NCBI GenBank assembly: GCA_964057225.1
Contig: OZ059895.1
Coordinates: 6,572,001-6,636,000, forward strand
DNA: 64,000 nt
Origin: Auanema rhodensis
Lineage: Eukaryota > Animalia > Nematoda
Reading direction: 5' to 3'
The position numbers and the translations under genes were made by a program. Below the pieces are notes generated by a model. It worked only from the letters and a program-made list of their open reading frames with translations, was not told where the DNA came from and did not search any database. Below are positions 23,773-37,501 of the stretch, piece by piece (the first letter of the stretch is position 1; the number at the start of each line of letters is the position of its first letter).

Positions 23773-23834
23773 CTCTCCCTCCAACTCTCCCTCCAACTCT
23801 CCCTCCAACTCTCTCCCTCCAACTCTCCTTTCAA
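23773..23834. repeat. 12-bp minisatellite (CTCTCCCTCCAA) x ~5 embedded in a CT tract
   Basis: Four exact units plus one degenerate unit, read directly. Confidence 0.85.
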
Positions 23835-25326
23835 CTCTCTATCTCTATCTCTCTCTCTTTCTATTTTTTATTTAGCAGCAATGCTATAAGAATAAATAAA
23901 TAACATTTTAATTTTAAATTTGTTTATGAAACAAAAAAATACAATTTAAATTATTATCATTTTAAATAAAACATGTGCTATTATAATATTTACTTATCGT
24001 AAACACATTTTTTCTTATCAGTTGATAGTTACAAATCTGTTGAGGCCAGGCTTCCTGTCGTCATCGTGCAATTTTCTTTTCAAATTTCAAGCCCCAGCCA
24101 AAGCGTGAACCATCACGTGAAGTACGCAAATTCTATTTTAATTTTTTCATTCATTGAACTCAAATGCAGTTTAACGGTTGCTTTCTTCATTATCATCTTA
24201 TTTTCTTTATTTATATCATATAGTTTATATAACTATGTATATACATACGTATATGTATATATAGATATATATTATAATTTCATTTTCTTATTTTCATCTA
24301 CTATGTTACTCCATTCCTTGGAAAATCCAAGAAATTTTGCGACTTGTGGCCGAAGGAAAATTAATTACCATCCTTATTGGTATTCGAACTTATCCTCACG
24401 CCTAATTGGAAAGAAGCCTGAGAACTATAGAGAGATATAGAAAATGAAAGAGAGAATTGGAAGAAAATAGAGAAAACTGAAAAAGGAGAGAGAGAGATAG
24501 TTAAATATATCTTTTGATATTTATATATAGCATAAATATTATATGAATAGTTAGTATACCCTATGATTTCTTCAGCTTTTTCTTCAGTTTCTTTCTTATT
24601 CCCCTCTTCTACATTTCCTTTCTCTTTTTCTTTCATTTTGTCCAAATTTTCTTTGAATCTCACACTATTCTATTTCATTCTCACTCGTCCTCCTCTCTCT
24701 TTCTCAATCTCTCTCTCTCTCTCTATCATCCGTCATACTCTTTATTCTTGTGAGCATTTCAACAGATTTTCCGAATGCCAATTACCTTTTTCGTTTTATT
24801 CCACGACTTCTTTTCATTTTTCCTTCTGTTTATATTCTCTATACATTAATAAATCTCCTTCCTTGTTGTAAAGATTTGTATTATATCATATTCTTAATCT
24901 GCCTTATTATATATTTTCTATATGATGTATATAACTATATGAGTTTTGAAGCTTTTTACTATTTGTATTCAAGTCAATAGTTATATGATGACATCATTTT
25001 CACCATATACTCAAACCCAATTCATCTGGTCGTTGTCGTCTGTTATCGCGCGAATGCCGAGTTATTGTCCGGTTATCGAAACACAATTACATGGAAGTAC
25101 TTACATTCTCATCAGAATATCTTGCTCGCCTATGACGGTAGGTACTGACGACAATCTCAACGACGAATCGACTTCATGTGCGAAACTACTTTTGGCATTG
25201 ATGGTATACAACTTGCATACATGCAGATGTACATACATACATAGTATGTACATGCACAACAATCATGAACTTTTCGTATTTTTCAATCTGTAATGAGTGC
25301 AACAATCGTTTATTATTATCACCTTT

Positions 25327-25366
<40 letters not shown>

Positions 25367-25668
25367 AACAAAGAGAGAGAGAGAGATCAACAAAGAGAGA
25401 GAGAGAGAGGGAATTATATATCTTTTTCAAATCATAAATCACTTCATCATCTTATATTTCATAGTTTATCACGTTCATGATCATAATGTTAATTTCAACT
25501 GTAAATGAACAAAATTCATAATCTTCTAATATTTTCATATATTTTCTATTAGTTTCCTTCATATATCATGCTCATAATTTTACTATATACGTACATTGAA
25601 GTTATGGATTCTGAAGACCTTCATATACATATCTGAGATGTTTTCTTCATATAACACATTGATATACC

Positions 25669-25716
<48 letters not shown>

Positions 25717-27919
25717 CTTCAATTTTTCCTACATACTTTCTAGTTATATATATATATATATATATATAAGAAAATTGAAGCTGATAGTGAGTAAAGAAAA
25801 AAAAGAAAAAATGTATAGGAATGGAGAAGGGCTGAATTACTTGCTGTAGTTTCGCGTTATCCACTCTTTTCTCCTTTTTCGTTTCAGTTTTTTTTCTTAT
25901 TCAAGACAAATAAACAAATATTCGTTGTATTGATCGTTTGTTCAATCTATTGCTCTCAAGATATATGTATATAATATATATATAATATATATATATAGAT
26001 ATATAGATATATGTTATGATCTACTTATAATTCATTTTTATCTTAATACTTTTGCTCCCTAGATATCCTTATTACAAGTCCAACTTCTGAAGCCATTTTT
26101 CAGCTTTCACAACAATTCATATCTACATCATCTTACAGTTGTTTTCATTGTCGGCTTTATTTTATGCATTTGTTTGTCCTTCTCATGTCTTTTCACTGTT
26201 GCCCTCATTCAGTTCTAGCACTCGCGTCATTCTTAGCTGTCAAGCTGATGTTCATGGTTTTTGCATCAAATGCTTGCTCCATCTTCTCACTATGATGATA
26301 ATACTAAGAACTTTACATGATGATTTATATAATAATCATTCATTCTTTGTAATAGAAAATTAAATTTGAAATCCATTAATATCGTCTTGTTAAAGATGTT
26401 TTTTCTTTTTCATTCATTATTCTTACTTCTTGTCATTCTCATTATGACAATTTTCTTTATTACAAATTGAATATGCATCGTCCTGTGGCCAATGGAGCTT
26501 GATATTCGATTTTCCTTTTCCTCCCCCTCATTTGAGTAAAAGGTCAACATCGTTGTCGTTGTGAGTTGGTGAACTCTCCAGCCTCTATGCAGTATTCAGT
26601 ACTAGTCATCCATCTATCTGTCCATAACCCCCCTCACCCCTCCAAACTTTAGCCTTAGGCTCAAATGAAGCTTCAAGCCTATCGACACATCTTGCCATCC
26701 AGTTTGAAGCAGTAGCAACAACCGCAGCACTAACAACACCAAAAGCAGTAGTAGCAGTTTACATTCCTCTACGGGTTGTCGTTGTTTGTCGCCGACGATG
26801 TCGCTAGCGATTAGTTGTGCGTGAATAGAGCCATAAGGGCACATGTCCTAACTCAAGCTGTATTCTATTTTTTGACATTTCCATTCTATTTTTGATGTCG
26901 TCAGTACTATAATCGCTTTTTCGTTGAATAACTATGCCTGACCTGCTGATCTGGAATTCATACAATGTAAAACAAAAAAAAACTTAGAAACAAGGAAGGA
27001 TTTCGAATACAACAGAAACTTTTACATATGCAGCTATTACATATAATGGAAATAAGTGGAAAAAAATGCTCAGAAGAAAGTAAAAATAGCCTGAGGGCAC
27101 ATGGAATAACAGCTTGATGAGATGACGAACTGCTTAAAATGACAAACGAGAAAAGAAACTTGTCATGCTGCATAGTACTATGCTTAAACTGTATGTATGA
27201 TGACGTCAATATGCATCAATTTAAAAAAAAAACGAATAAAAAAGTAGCTTGATGTTTGGCTATAAGACTTCAGTATAGGCATAGGCCTAGTTCTTGAAAG
27301 CAGAATCATCAGGTGTTGATGTGTATGCTTGATTGCAGATTGTCTTTAGCTTTAGCTCTGTAAAATCCTTTACTAGTTTTGAAGAGAGAGAGAGAGAGAA
27401 GGAGAGAGAGAAAGATATAGAGAGATATAGATCTACATCAATGCTTCAAGTATAACTCATTTATCAAAATGCTCATAGTTTGATGTCAGTTATTGATGTT
27501 TTTTGAGCTTTAGTTCAAGTTAGTTCTTAGACTGTACAAGATTTCATTGATTTTCTTTTTGTTTATTTTTTCTTTTTTTCTTCTCATAATCTTTACTATC
27601 TTTTCATCTTTTTTTTTTCAATGTATATTTCATGTTTTTCCCTTATAATTATAACTATGAGTATGTACGTATATATGTGAATTGAAGCTTTGTTGAGTAT
27701 AGATTGCTCCAAATCTCTTTCATATTCTTCTTCTTCTTCTTTTTATTCTCTTTTCTTTCCCTTTCCTTTTCGTGGTTTCTAAGCAACACGTATTCTAGAA
27801 AACTGTTAAATACCACGCTTTTAGAACCGATGAGTTGATGTTAGAAGAACATATGAAGAGAAGAAGAAGAAGAATAAGTTGGGTTCATTTTCTTCTAGTT
27901 TGTATTCTCTCTCTCTCTT

Positions 27920-27970
<51 letters not shown>

Positions 27971-30900
27971 GCTATATCTATCATCCTTGCTAGTTACCCT
28001 TGTCATCTCAATTTTCTTTATTTGAAGAGCTTAATGTATGACGAAGATGTTATAAAGGTGATCAAAGATGTAGTTTGAGATGAATCGAAGAGCATTTTCA
28101 AACTTGTCTTGTGAGCAAGCTTGAAATGAAATTGTCTATAAACTTGTAGACATAATGTCATCTCAAGATGTTCCAACTTCACTATTCACATATATCATTT
28201 ATACAATGAATAAGAAATATATGTAATAGTTAATATAATTTATTCTATTAACTATATCTTCATTGTATTGTTTTCAATATAATATTTCTTCATCATTCAT
28301 CTTTTGAATTTTCTTGATTTTTTTAAATCTGTTTACTCATAGCTGCTGCTTCTTGTCCTTAATGATTGTGTCGTCTGTCATCATTCAGTACTTAGCACAC
28401 ACACGGTTCTTCAGTTAGTGTGAGTGTGAGCAAGAAAGTCAATGATGAGAGACGACAACCACACGAGATGCTCTACGTGATCTTCTGATTTCAATCTTTT
28501 TTGACTTACTTCTTCCGGTCGGCTTCTTCAAATAGCATCAGCAACTTCTTGCTCGCTTGCTAGTGTACCTGTTCAACTGCTTGTTCGTCTTCAATCATCT
28601 TCTCGACCTTGCGAACTAATTGGATTTTTGAGGTTTTTTTTAGGAATCTCGAATGTTATTTTAGGACAAAAAACATTTTCTACCTCACTTCACACGTCTA
28701 ACTTTTACTTCCATTTGATTGTTTCGACGGTCGGCTTTATCCTCATGTGTATGTGTATGTATATATGTGAATGAAGGAGACATAGAGAGAGGAAGAAAAA
28801 AATAAAGAGAGAAAGAGACAGACATAGAGAAAGAGAGAAATAGAAATTGTCGTCAACTTCGTAGTCGTCCTCTTTTCTTCTATGTTCTTTTATCTTTCGA
28901 ATCTGCTCTTCATCTTTTCCGGTATTCAGCCTAATCGGCAATCCGTCAAATCTACTAATCCTTGCCACCGCTCATCATCCCGGCTTCTCCTTCATTCTCT
29001 TCATGCTTTACCTCTTCCCCTCTCTACGTCTTGTCATGTTCCTCCTCTCTAAACTTTTGGTTTTAATCAATTTTTCCTGCAGAAGAGCATCCGATCAGTC
29101 GTTGATGAGCCGTTGCTTATCATATCCAACAGTTTGCTTCAGCCTTTAGAAGCTTTCTGTTTCAATTTTTCTTTTTGTTTTGTTTCTTCTCATTTTCTGT
29201 TTTCTTGTCATATTTCAACATCAATTTCCTTATGCTCATGTTCGAACGAGACTCTTTTTCATTTGTTTCTGTGATTGCTTAACGTTCAAAAGATGTTTTC
29301 TCAACATCACCCATGTTTCCCAATTCATTCAATTCGAGACATGATTTCAGCTTTTTCTTTATCCATCTTTTTCTCTGTTGGATTGCCAATTTGAATGACT
29401 TTTCATAGTTTTCTGCTCCCCTTCCTTCTCTCCAACCATTACCAATCTCTTTCTTTCTTCATTTCATGTGCAACGATTTTGACAACGTTAGCTTGATCCG
29501 AGTTTCCTTTCCTATCCATATCCATGGTCTTACTTGTTTTAGCTATTGCTTCCCTTCATATCTCCATACATGTAAGCTCTGTCTCCATATTAGAAGAGAA
29601 GGAAAGTAAATCATTAGAAGCCGGAGATTGTTGTATATCACATGTAAATCAGAAAGCTATACTGACATCAAGCCCCTGAATTGTTCTGGATTTCATAGTT
29701 TTGCATAGCACGATCTAGAGTTTAGCTATCACATCACGATATGAATCACATTAAGTCTTGATCTCTTTTAATCCTCTCTCTCTCTTTATTTCTCTCCATT
29801 TGCCCCTCTCTCTCTCTTGCCGTCTCTCTAAATGTCTTCCTTGTTCAGCTTGAAACACTAATAGATCTGCTGACTTCATCATTCATCCTTTCATAGATAT
29901 TCTTACGCAACTACCTCTTAGTTCCATTTTTGGTAATTTCACTTGCACTCAGACCCATGCTGTAAGAAACAAACTTGTATTCAAAGAGCCCAATGACGTT
30001 TACATCTCTCGACTTTTCCCCTGTCCGTCCTTTTCTCTTCTTACTCTTGTCACACGCTGTCTCTCGTTCTTTCTCTTTCCTCCATCTCTGAATTCCCGGC
30101 AGCACTTTTCACAATTCGACACAAACTCACAACAACTTGTATGCCATGTAAGCTGAATTTTCATCCGCTCACTCATTGCTAAGTTCTATCTTTCCAACAT
30201 TTTTTATACAAAAAAAATTTTTTTTAATTGTCAGTTTCCTCATTTGGTCAATTTCTCTCACCATTTATGTGATCTGTTTCTCTACATATCTCTTATTTCT
30301 CCTCTGTTTTCAGTTCGCTAACTATTAGCTTTTCCCGTTTTTGATCTGTAGTTTCCCTTTCACCTCTCGTCCTTTTTCTCAGTTCGTTTCACTCTTTGAG
30401 CATAATCTTGTCGTTGATGTGAAATTGCTTATCGTTCGCTTAGGTTGACGTAACTATCGAATAGTGACCGTTGGTGTCATGGAGGGACAGTTTCTCTTTC
30501 TCTATTTTCATCTCAATATTCTCTTCTTCCCTTATTCTCTCTTCTTTTTCTCGTGAAAGCCATAATAACAGCATCATTTCTTGAATAAACAGTCTGTGCA
30601 CATACAAGCCTCAGACTCAACGGATCGTATCGTCAACGTCCAGTATACCACTTGCGTCACGGCTTGTGGCTAGTGAAGGATGATGCAGGTTGTGGACATT
30701 GTCCTCTCGTTCCTTTAAATCATTCCCTTTAGCAACTTTCCACTCTATCTTTCTCTATCTTTCTCCCTCCCCTCTCTCTCTCTCTCTCTCTCTCTCCCAG
30801 TGTTCATCTCTCTGTTCTCTCTTAGAGTCCCTCTGTTTTCCATTTTTCAATAATTCATCAAGCTTTCACTAAACTTTCCTAAATTTTCCCGAATACTATG

Positions 30901-33900
30901 TTGATATTTGATAATTTTATTCAAACCATATTTAATTTCAGTTAACTATATTTTTATATTGTGTTATTAATTATTTTCTTAATCATTACTTTGACACTTC
31001 AAATTCTTCTTTTTTTCAAGTTTTCTTACTAATCTCTTACATTTTTTTATTTTCTCATCCCTACTCTGATCACAATCATTCTGATCAACCATCAGCTGAT
31101 TTATTCAACTTGCACCACGTGCTGTTGTTGTTAGAAGCTTGACACCAACGTAGTACTCACGGGGTTGATGTCCTCTTACTTCACTCATCTTCGACACTCT
31201 ATACAACTAATGATGGCTGACGTTGAGTTTACGCCGTACTCATCACGACCTTACTGTATTGTGAAGACGACAAATTGACATCATCATTGAACTTCATCGT
31301 CTGCTTGTATCATATTCTTCGATCCCCATGGATTTTGAAGAAGTATCAAGTGATATGATGATTGAGATTTAACTACTAATGATGAATTTCTTGTTGAAAG
31401 CTTTTATTTAATCGCAATGATGATAGAAAGATTGGTTTTCTCTTTAGTCCAACTGACTGACACGTCAAGCCGTCGTCATGCTGACATCGAATGACCATTT
31501 CCCTGTAGTTTTTCCTCATTTTTTGATATAATCAGCCACATACACATACATAGATACACTTATCGTCATTACATCTAACAGCTGAAATGTCATAGCTGTT
31601 GCTTTCTGTGAAATTGAACTGCTGATGTTATTACTACTATTACTAATGCTACTGCTGTTGTTGATTTTGCTGACGATGTGCGTGTATCTGTGTGTGTGTG
31701 TGTGTAGATGTAGCCGAACAACGCACAGTTCACAATTTCCTATGTGGTCACTGAGCAGTAGTTAGATGCTTTGTAACATTTGAGGTATTGAGCAGATTGG
31801 CTCAACATCTACGTCACTATGTATTTCTTTACGTGTTGACGTCAAATAAGGCTAATAAGATTGTTGTGCTTTATAATGATCATGTCAAACCTGAAAAAGG
31901 AAATTGAGACAGAAGAAGAAATGGGCCAACTGAAGAATGAAGATGATAATGAAGCAGAAGAAGAGAAAGCTTTAAACAACATCTTCAGCATAGGCTTATC
32001 ATTTCTTTTCGCCAGTTTAATAGATTTCGTTGTAAGAGGATTTCAGTTCATAAAATCAAGAAATGATTTTTCATGATCATATTAATGATTATCAAAGATC
32101 TTTCTTATTTCATTTATATTAAATTCAATTGTCATTGTTTTGCGACTATGTGATGCTATCTCTCTTGCTAACACTTTTCGTCATCATCGTGATGATGATC
32201 GTCGTCTTCGTCGTCGACACCATCGTTGACATCATCGTTATACTTAAAGGGAATCTGATTATTCAGGCTCAGATATGTATACGCAAATGTGTTTATAAAC
32301 ATCATTTCATCGTGTTGATGATGATTATGTTGATGAGAAAGACAGATTGATTAATGATTTTAAACGACGACGACTATGAAGAAGACGACGTTAGCGTGAT
32401 GACAATAATACTGACGACGTCGACTGACATCGAGTGCTTCAAAATATTGCCTAGCGCCATCATAATCATCATCATCACCACAACTCCACTATCGATATCG
32501 GTTTTGATCGATTTGGCCCCAAAACTGTTTCCTTCCAATGAGCTAATTATCCTTTTTGATCATATTTTCTCTCTTCTGTGTTTTGTTCCTATTTACAGGT
32601 ATATGTTCAAGTCCTACTTGCTTACTCATTCTTTCTGACCCATCTACCTTTCTCTCGTTCTCTATCACTCTCTTACGTTCTCTTTTTCTCTTGTTCATCC
32701 TCTTTTTCATCTATTACCTCCTTTCCACTCATCACACTGAGGTACTATCTAACGGAACTGTTATGTCATATTCTCGATTCCTTTCGTAATTCATCGTTCT
32801 TATCGTCATTTTTTCTTATTTCACAGATTTTTTTCAACAATTGTATTAATTTACTTCGTTTTAGGACCATATACATGGCTCAACATCATTCACATTACGT
32901 ACTTGGAAGTCATCATAGTCGTCGTTGTCGTTTACCACCGTCATCATAATTAACGGCATGTCATCTGACATACCTGAAAGAGTAGAAGAGGGTAAAGATG
33001 GGGGGCAAAAATGGAAAAAATCTGCTGCTGCTGTTCTTTCAAGTCATTGTGTTGAATAGTTTTCTTCCTGTTTCAATTTCATTATCGTTATTTCAACGAT
33101 TTTCTTGTTGTATTCAGAATCCATTTAGAGTGTATTTCATCAATATCATAACTACTACTACAGCTACAGCTACAGCTACTGATACTCCTACAGCTACAGC
33201 TACTGCTACTACTACTAGTATTATATGAAATTTGTATGTTTTGAGGCATAAATGACAAGCTGAACTGTCATATGATGATTTAACAACACATCAAACATCA
33301 TCATCATCATCATCATCATTATCAATCTATGAAGCTCAATTTGAAAAAAAAAGGAAGATGATTGAGAGCTAGATAGTCAATTCATTCGTATGCTCGTTGT
33401 GCATGTCAGAACATACATCTAGAGCACATGCGCAAAGATTATTGATGATGATGATGGTAACTAGAAGTACTATGGAGGAGAGTAGGGAGCATAGGATTTG
33501 AACATCTTTTCCTTATTTTTCCTCTTTTCTCTCTCTCTCTCTCTTTCTCTACCTTCTCCCCTCTTTCTCTCATCTTCTTCTTCTTTTCCTTCTTCTTCTT
33601 TCTCGCTTTCCCTTATAATATATCTTCATCAAGCTCTTTTCTCTCCTTTTTTTCATTTTTACGGAGACACTCTCAATTCTGTATACTGTCTGTCTGTTTA
33701 ATTCACTCTGTATACAGGCTTGAATAGACAAGCACAGATAGGACTATGTGTTAGTTAGTCAAGTTGCCAGCAATAGTCACATGTCCTTCCGATGCTCTTC
33801 CTGATTCTCTCGTTCTTTTCAACATCTCTCTATCATACTACATTCTATTCCAATTCTTTTCCTTCTGTATTCTCTCACTATCTCAACATCTTTCATTTCG

Positions 33901-35297
33901 ATCATCCTTCTGTAACCAGTTTCCTGTACCTGTCTCTCGTTCTCTGCTCCTCTCCTTCTCTCGCATCATTTCACCAATACATTGACGGAAATGATGAAGT
34001 AGACGTCGGGGAGTCGACGACGGCGTCGACGACGACGACAAGGAGAGTATCGACGATTGCCCTCACACACTGTATTCTATCCTTTTTCACCATTCTATCT
34101 TGCCATCAGTCTGCCATCTATGTTGCCACTTTTTCATATACTACTCTTTCCGCTTCAGCCTTAACACTTTCTTGCCTCTCTCTTTCTCTCCCTCCCTCCC
34201 TCTCTCGCTCTCTCTCTCTTCCTCTCTCTTCCTTTCTCTCTCTCTCTCTTGTTGTTGCTCTACTACTACTACCACTACCGGCAGACCGTTGTTCAACCAT
34301 CTGTTTTCCTCTCGTTTCACTCGCTATCATCATCGTCGGCAGAATGATATTTTTGGATTGCCAAAACGACTACAAATAGATTTTCCAATTTTTGATTTAT
34401 TAATAGAAATCTTCAAACTATTTTTAGCTTTCAACTCTTTTTTTAATTTTGAACTATTTAATCTAATTATTATGTATAATCAATATATTTTTATTTATAA
34501 TATATACTTATCTTTTAAATTTACAATGACGACATTCATCATGTTCATTTTGCCATTATCATCAGCTTAAACTTAAGCTTATAACCACCAGGCTTATTAT
34601 TATCTTTGTCGACCACGTTTTGAGCTTATTGAACAAAATGAATTTACCCAAAGCCATGTCAGCTGATAATTCCCTTTTGCTTTTGCCACCCTTTCATTCA
34701 TCCATCCATATCCTTACTCTCTTTTGTCCCCCCTAGGGGTTATGAAGTAAGACATCTTCACCCTCATGTTACTCCATCCTTCTTGAAGTTTTTTTTGAAT
34801 TCTCTTCACTCTGTCTTTCTGCTTACTTTCTCTTATCCTATATCATTCATTCTCTTCCATCATGGCTTACTCCATATTCAGCATTTTTCCAAGTTTTATC
34901 ACCAGTAGCAGCCTTCTAAGCAATTGCTGTTCCCAAGACAGCTTAAGCAGTTATGACATTTGTTTCATGTTGTTTGTTCTTGTTGAAACATTTTTCTTCT
35001 TCATCTTTCACATTCTTCTTCTCTCATTTTTAATCTTCTTCTTTGAAATATTTACAATTTTCTATTTTGAAGAAACAACAATTTCGTTTTTTAAAATCTT
35101 TTCAAACTTTAAATATCCTCCAACTCTTTTTTTATTTCATTAAATGTTTCATTTGCTACAAATATTATCACACATATACAAAATTGTATATATATCTTTT
35201 CATCATCTTACTATTTCATTTGAATTCTTTTCATTTCAAATATTAAATTTCCTACAATTTGTATACAACATCTTTCAATTTTTTTAAAATCTCTCTT

Positions 35298-35328
<31 letters not shown>

Positions 35329-35919
35329 GACATATACACTCTCTATATCTACCTGTCTATCTAATATAGTATATATCCAAGTTTATATTCTATAGTCATC
35401 TGATCTTTGTATATACTCAATAGAGCTAGAACGACAATACTCAATCGTCTCTCTATTCCTTCCTCTCCTATACTTGTATTCTCTCGTTTAGAGAAAAAAA
35501 TCAGAAGGAAGGTTGAATTGACCAAGACAACCACGTCATCTAAACCTTTCATATGTGCTTCTCTATTTCTCTTTGTCTAGTTAACTGTTGTATACACTGT
35601 CTATTCTAAACTACATTGATTGTACATGTATGAAGCCGAGAAGGAACGAATATGAGATGAAAACATGGGAAGAATATAAAGTATAGAGGATTTCATTGTA
35701 GATAGTAACAGTAGTAATAGAATAACTACAATGTTATATGAATTTGAGAAAAAAAAAAGAGGAAAAGATTGCACTACAAGTAAGGAGAACAGTACTTCTT
35801 CTATTTTGCTTTTCTTTTTTCTACTTCATATTCTTCTTCCCCGGGGGATCTCTACTGTCACAAAGAGATAGAGAAAGATGGAGAGAGAGAAAGATGAAGA
35901 GAGAGAGAGAGAGAAAGAT

Positions 35920-35957
<38 letters not shown>

Positions 35958-37416
35958 AAACTCTATATCAACGATAAAGAAGGGGAGAAAGAAGAGAGAG
36001 AGAGAGCTTTTGTCCGTTAACAGAAAAAAATGAAAAGTAAAAAACTTCATAAAAAGAAGAGAAATATAGAAAAAAAGAAAAACGAGGGAATGGCTATTAA
36101 TGAAGAGATTTGAAAGAAGCAGAGAGAAATAAAGAATGATCTATAAAGGAAAGCGACAACCCAATAGATATTGTATTGGACAACGACGAAAGGACCACTA
36201 CCAACATCATCTCCTTCTACTTTCTTCTCATTCATCGTCGTCGTTGTCGTTATCGGTCTTCTTGTCGCCGTCAGTACACTCGTATACTATTGAATCTCTA
36301 CGCCTGTCTCTCCCTCTCTCTTTCTCTCTCTCTCTCTTTTTCTCTCTGAAAGGGACAAAAAAGTTTTTTCTTCACTTTTGTTGCTGCTGATCGTTGTCTT
36401 CATCGTATCACATCTTAGTGTATCTATGCTCCAACGACGTCAGAATCTGACCGACAAGCAAACGACAACCAATATGTTTTATGTATTTCTTCATAATTTA
36501 TTTGAATTTTTTAAAATTATTAATGGTTTATTTTACAAAATTATATAATACTAACTAACTAACTATATGAATAAGTATTATCAGAAAAAACTTTTTTGAT
36601 TTCTCTATCTCTCAACCATATATTCCTGTACATGTATGTTTCTATGATTATCTATACTCTCCTTCACCTCTATACTATACTACTTTGTGTAAATTATTTT
36701 TTTTATAAATTAGAGATCAAGTCTTGCTAATGATACTTCTGATGCTGCTGTCCCGTGGTTGTATGGGCCATCAGATAACGATGATACTGCCGTTTGCTGA
36801 TGATTATGATGCTGTTGCTACTATCTTTGACAGCGATTAAGACGACTGCTTGTCGTTTGACGTCGTTTTTGTCATCTTCTAGCACACATACCAAGTACCA
36901 ACCTTTTTGTCTTTCTCTTCTCTCTTTCATCATATTTCCAATTAACTTTATATTCAACCTTTCCCTTGTAAAGGTATCATAATCAAAACAGTTCGGAGCT
37001 ACGACCGGTCAAATACATAGATTGTTTCTTCATCTGATGTCATTATTGAAGAGAACAAGTGAGAGAGAGATCACGGGGCGAACCAGGTATTTCTGAACTT
37101 CTAGCAGACGTTGTACATGAAAATGACGGCAACACTGCGATACAATAAGAAAACTACGTATTTCTTTTAATTGGTTTAAAGCTTTCATTGACTATTTTTT
37201 TCTGTGTGACAACCCTGAACTTTCAATGCTAACTGGTCATCCTGACGGCACAAAAGACAATAGGCAGTCCAGCTTGTTTCTAATTGTTCACATTCAAGCA
37301 GCTATTGTTTTAAGCTTTCTATACCAACTTGCCTACGTTGTGAAGTAACGCGCAAGCCATGTTGTATGCGCTTCTAAGGTGTTTTGGTGACTACATTACC
37401 TTCTTCACTCAGTTCC

Positions 37417-37420
<4 letters not shown>

Positions 37421-37498
<78 letters not shown>
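37421..37498. repeat. Perfect (CT)39 microsatellite
   Basis: Uninterrupted dinucleotide run. Confidence 0.97.

Positions 37499-37501
<3 letters not shown>

Noticed and set aside
26648-26665. Near-palindrome TTTAGCCTTAGGCTCAAA containing TTAGGC, considered as a telomere-addition or DNA-elimination site
   Set aside because: It is a single hexamer with no telomeric array, and I cannot match it to a defined breakage motif.
32181-32430. Inverted GTC/GAC and CAT/ATG segments that could form long stems
   Set aside because: Low-complexity trinucleotide content makes such pairings expected.
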